NCBI GenBank assembly: GCA_963845145.1
Contig: CAWJQU010000005.1
Coordinates: 64,001 to 128,000, forward strand
Source: an uncultured delta proteobacterium
GTDB lineage: Bacteria > Desulfobacterota > Desulfobacteria > Desulfobacterales > QNYZ01
Direction: 5' to 3'
DNA length: 64,000 bases
Of this stretch, positions 60,589 through 64,000 are shown piece by piece. The notes below the pieces were generated by a model that saw nothing but the letters and a program-made list of their open reading frames with translations, was not told where the DNA came from and made no database searches. A program made the translations under genes and the position numbers. Numbering within the stretch: position 1 is the first letter of the stretch; each line of letters begins with the position of its first letter.

Positions 60589-61221
60589 CTATTCTCCAGA
60601 AAATTGTCTAAGTTTGAGTTCTCGCTCAGTGGTAACCGGTTTTCCCATCACATCTTGAGATATTTCCGTAATATAAACGCGATCCTTTGTAATCTTTGTA
60701 ATTTTTCCACCATCAAGCCCGATGAATGTTCCATTTTTAACGAGGTAGCCTTTACCGGTGGACTCTTCCACCATCGCCATGCTACGCTTGTTATCCCTAA
60801 AAACTGCCGTAAGCGTCAACTGGCTCAAATCAATTTTTTCCAGTGGTGTCTGAGGAAGCCGTTTGTTCTTTTGTACATTTTCAGAGGTTGAAACCGCTTT
60901 ATCTTTTTTGGCTTTAATTAAAGGCACAAAAGGATCCAAGCTGCTCTGATAATGATACGTCTCAACAGCGCCCTTCGAAGCCAAAAGTGCCGCGGCAGGA
61001 TCAACAGATGGAGAGGTTGTTTTTGGCTTGAGGTTCCCCTTTTTATCGGATTCTGAAGTAACTGTTGCCGAAGCTAAATCCTGCTTTTTTGCACCAGTTG
61101 AGGCTTCGCTATCGATTTTTTGACGAACAACTTTGGGACTATTTGCCTTCGTTGAATCCTGGCATCCGATAAAAAATAACATTGCCGCAATTAAATAAAC
61201 GAGTCGATGGCGTAGATTCAT
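60589..61221 (-). CDS. pilP: Type IV pilus assembly lipoprotein PilP
   Basis: Lipobox FIGC, DPFVP, TPLEKIDLSQLTLTAV, AMVEE..GKGY...G.FIG. Confidence 0.92.
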   Translation of the reverse strand: MNLRHRLVYLIAAMLFFIGCQDSTKANSPKVVRQKIDSEASTGAKKQDLASATVTSESDKKGNLKPKTTSPSVDPAAALLASKGAVETYHYQSSLDPFVPLIKAKKDKAVSTSENVQKNKRLPQTPLEKIDLSQLTLTAVFRDNKRSMAMVEESTGKGYLVKNGTFIGLDGGKITKITKDRVYITEISQDVMGKPVTTERELKLRQFSGE

Positions 61222-61847
61222 TTTTTCTTTTTCGCCTTATTATTGCTATCTTCCGGCTTGGTTTCCACAAATTTATAGGTAACCGCCTTGCACGAGGTCA
61301 CCAAGGGCTCACCGGGTTGTTTTGGGGCTATGGTAATATCCCGAATATTCACAATACGCGGTAAACCGGCCACTGCTTCAAAAAAACGACCGACATCATG
61401 ATACCCGCCCTTCACTTGCATCTGCACTGGGATTTCAGCATAAAAATTTTTAAGCTGCTCGGGCTTAGGCTCGAACAGTAAAAACTCAAGACCGGCATCA
61501 TGTCCCGACTGGGAAACATTGGCAAGAAGCGTCGGAATTTCCTTTTTATCCGGCAGGGCTTGCATGGCAAGTTTGAAGGACCGTTCCGCTTCGGCCAATT
61601 CTTTTGTGAACTTGTCTAATTGCCCCGCCTTATTTTTCAACACAGCCAATCGATTCTGTGAGTTCTTTACCTGATTTTGCAGCTGTGTAATTTTTTCTTT
61701 TCCGGGCTTAAAAGACAAAAAATAAAAAATCACGGCGATTAACAGGAGAACAAGGCCACATATTAACAACCGCTTGGTCGTGGACCAAGTATTAAGATCG
61801 TCAAAAAATTCATCCATCCGTTGCGACTTTATACGCCCATTACTCAT
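61218..61847 (-). CDS. pilO: Type IV pilus assembly protein PilO
   Basis: TM, coiled coil, LPDKKEIPTLL, FYAEIPV...GGYHDVGRFF..VAGLPRIV. Confidence 0.95.
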   Translation of the reverse strand: MSNGRIKSQRMDEFFDDLNTWSTTKRLLICGLVLLLIAVIFYFLSFKPGKEKITQLQNQVKNSQNRLAVLKNKAGQLDKFTKELAEAERSFKLAMQALPDKKEIPTLLANVSQSGHDAGLEFLLFEPKPEQLKNFYAEIPVQMQVKGGYHDVGRFFEAVAGLPRIVNIRDITIAPKQPGEPLVTSCKAVTYKFVETKPEDSNNKAKKKK

Positions 61848-62440
61848 TTTTTCTTTCCACGCTTATTTTTTTTCTGTGTATCTTGGACCGGTTCAGGCAT
61901 GGCCGTTTGACATGCCACCTCAAACTCTTTCAAATTAATTGAATCTTCGAACACTTTTTGCTTTACCGTATTTAGGTTCACGACCGGGAAAAGACCCGAG
62001 TTTTCAAGATTGGTCATGAAATCGGCCACCGTTCGCTCATCCATGGCCACACCCTTTATACGAACGCCGTTTTGTTGAGTGCTAAGGCTGGTCAACCACA
62101 TCTGATCGACAATAATTAATTCCGACATCACGCCCAAAAGACGCACGGGTTTGTATCGGTCTTGGATGAGATTGTTAATAACAGTTCTCTTCTTATTAAT
62201 GATCTCGATCTTCTTTTTATTTTCATCAACTTGTTGGCCTATCTTTTCATAACGCTGGATCTCTGAATCGACCTGCTTAATTTGAGCTTGCAGCGAACCA
62301 GCCCAGTTCCCCATGTAAAAATGAACGACAAGAAGAACGGCCGCAACCAAACCAAGAAAAAGCAAAAACAACGATACTTGGCGGCGAATATTTTCTTTTT
62401 TACGTGCGTCCCGAAATGGTAGTAAATTTATCCGGATCAT
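61844..62440 (-). CDS. pilN: Type IV pilus assembly protein PilN
   Basis: MIRINLLP motif, TM, VADFMTNLENS. Confidence 0.95.
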   Translation of the reverse strand: MIRINLLPFRDARKKENIRRQVSLFLLFLGLVAAVLLVVHFYMGNWAGSLQAQIKQVDSEIQRYEKIGQQVDENKKKIEIINKKRTVINNLIQDRYKPVRLLGVMSELIIVDQMWLTSLSTQQNGVRIKGVAMDERTVADFMTNLENSGLFPVVNLNTVKQKVFEDSINLKEFEVACQTAMPEPVQDTQKKNKRGKKK

Positions 62441-63492
62441 TTATCGTCAGCTCTCCTTAGTGCCAAACCCATGCAGACAGCCGCTTGGGGCGCAATGCTA
62501 TCAATATAGGCTGAGTCAAATTTTCCACGGTTGATTTGTACATTTGTGAACGGACTGATAACATTTACCTGGGTTGAGGTTTCCAAAGCCAATAGTTTTC
62601 GAAACTCATCAATATTGGCGCCACCTCCGCTTAAGATGACTTGGTTAAATGAGTCGTCCGGATAAGTGGAGTAAAAAAAGTCGATGGCACGCCTGATTTC
62701 AGTACACCAGTTTTTTGTCACTGTCGCTTCGATCTCGTCAATGTCAGCGGCCGTAATTTTCTCCGACTGCCGCTCTATTTTTATCTTTTGTGCTTCAGCG
62801 ATTGAACATTCGCAGTGCGAGGCGATTTGCTGGTCTATTTGCCCGCAGCCAAGCGACACATCCCGCATAAAAACCGGGACAGTATTTTTAATGATATTCA
62901 AAGAAGTCTTACTCGATCCGATATCTATCAATGCAACCGCCTGCTCCCCACTACCATGGTTAAACTCGTAGCTATTTTGAAGGGCCAGTACGTCTACATC
63001 AATAATAACCGGCGAGATTCCAACGGATTGCAGGATACCGGTATACTCTTCAATTATTTCCTTTTTTGCTGCAACCAAAAGAATATCAAGCTGGTCAACA
63101 TTGTGTTTATTTTGCCCAAGAACATGAAAATCGATATTTACATCATTTATATCAAACGGAATGTACTGCTCGGCTTCCAGTGCAACAGAATCATGCATCG
63201 CTTTTTCGTCGGCTTTCTGGACACTGATATTTTTCATGATAACAGAATAACCGCCTACCGCAAGCGCTACATTTTTCTCCTTAATCCTGTTCTCGTCAAA
63301 CAACGCTTTAACGGCTCGCGCCAATTCAGCTGGCTGACTAACGACACCATCCACAATGAATCCCGGATCAATTTCAACCGTGGCAAGATTCTTCAGCGAA
63401 TACCCTTTATTCGCATAACCAAGCTCACAGGCTTTGATGGTGCTTGAACCGATATCCAGGCCGACTAATTGTTTGCTTTTATTAAATAGCAT
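62437..63492 (-). CDS. pilM: Type IV pilus assembly protein PilM
   Basis: VGLDIGSSTIK, EAEQYIPF, LIDIG, LSGGGA, GLALR. Confidence 0.97.
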   Translation of the reverse strand: MLFNKSKQLVGLDIGSSTIKACELGYANKGYSLKNLATVEIDPGFIVDGVVSQPAELARAVKALFDENRIKEKNVALAVGGYSVIMKNISVQKADEKAMHDSVALEAEQYIPFDINDVNIDFHVLGQNKHNVDQLDILLVAAKKEIIEEYTGILQSVGISPVIIDVDVLALQNSYEFNHGSGEQAVALIDIGSSKTSLNIIKNTVPVFMRDVSLGCGQIDQQIASHCECSIAEAQKIKIERQSEKITAADIDEIEATVTKNWCTEIRRAIDFFYSTYPDDSFNQVILSGGGANIDEFRKLLALETSTQVNVISPFTNVQINRGKFDSAYIDSIAPQAAVCMGLALRRADDK

Positions 63493-63688
63493 GATAACCG
63501 CTTGATATTGTTGAGCTTAATTTATATTGTAGAAAGGCTTCTAAGTAAGATTTCAAAGCTATGTATCTTTTATTTTTTTATTAGTCAAGTGAATTTATTG
63601 AATTATCGCTTTTATTTACTATAATTTTACTCTCATTCGGTATATTTTTCAGATTCCGTGATCACTTTATAAGTTGTCTGGTTTCTAC

Positions 63689-63704
63689 TGCACAAAGCGT
63701 GCCT
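63689..63704 (-). promoter_or_regulatory. Candidate sigma54 (-24/-12) promoter for pilMNOPQ
   Basis: Minus strand AGGCACGCTTTGTGCA vs consensus TGGCACGNNNNTTGCW, with exact GG-N10-GC spacing, in an AT-rich upstream region. Confidence 0.5.
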
Positions 63705-64000
63705 GATTGTTTTATTTTTTAAAGAGATAGTAGTTAAGAGTTCATTTTAATTATCTCGAAATAGATGGTTGCTACCACGACATATTGTATCACCATGTGA
63801 ACGAAAACCATAAATGATGTGTGGCCATTTCCTAAATTGAAGATTGTCAAACAAACAGAAAAAAAATGTGGTTTTTAGCTCTTCCACAATCCGCATTGAA
63901 TATCCATACTTAATCATTTTCCCAATCCCTGCAGTCACAAGTTAAAATCCGACCAGAAGCGCTCGTTTATCATGCCTTTACTCGGCCATTGTCATCCTGC

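Noticed and set aside
579..63447. Numerous antisense and alternate-frame ORFs in the six-frame track
   Set aside because: They shadow well-supported genes and show no independent protein motifs, except the frameshift fragments described above
63747..63938. 63-aa ORF at the window end
   Set aside because: No recognisable motif; likely spurious in an AT-rich intergenic region

Overview
Chromosomal segment from a dissimilatory sulfate reducer, most likely Desulfobacterota (Desulfobacterales-like); the taxonomy is inferred from gene content only. Left to right: (1) aprBA-qmoAB on the minus strand, with qmoB running off the window; (2) a plus-strand block with a YkgJ-type Cys-cluster protein, an atypical SDR, a BMP-family nucleoside ABC transporter and a CodA-like deaminase; (3) a ~21 kb minus-strand signalling island of paralogous hybrid histidine kinases, each with a different input module (orphan solute-binding proteins, a beta-propeller sensor, and a corrinoid protein + URO-D/MtaA-fold pair), plus a bacteriohemerythrin and a NarL-family two-component system; (4) 5-formyl-THF cyclo-ligase and serS-thrC-LysM-PilF; (5) a complete type II secretion cluster gspFGHIJKLMNCDE; (6) an ISNCY-type element and an ISL3 remnant; (7) pilMNOPQ. 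Many genes carry small indels, clustered at 1-1000, 21.7-26.3 kb and 55.3-58.9 kb, which look like long-read assembly errors. The best candidate for an undescribed system is the corrinoid protein / degenerate MtaA-like protein / soluble hybrid kinase triad (19794-23514), possibly a B12- or methyl-state sensor. No rRNA, tRNA or CRISPR array was recognised.
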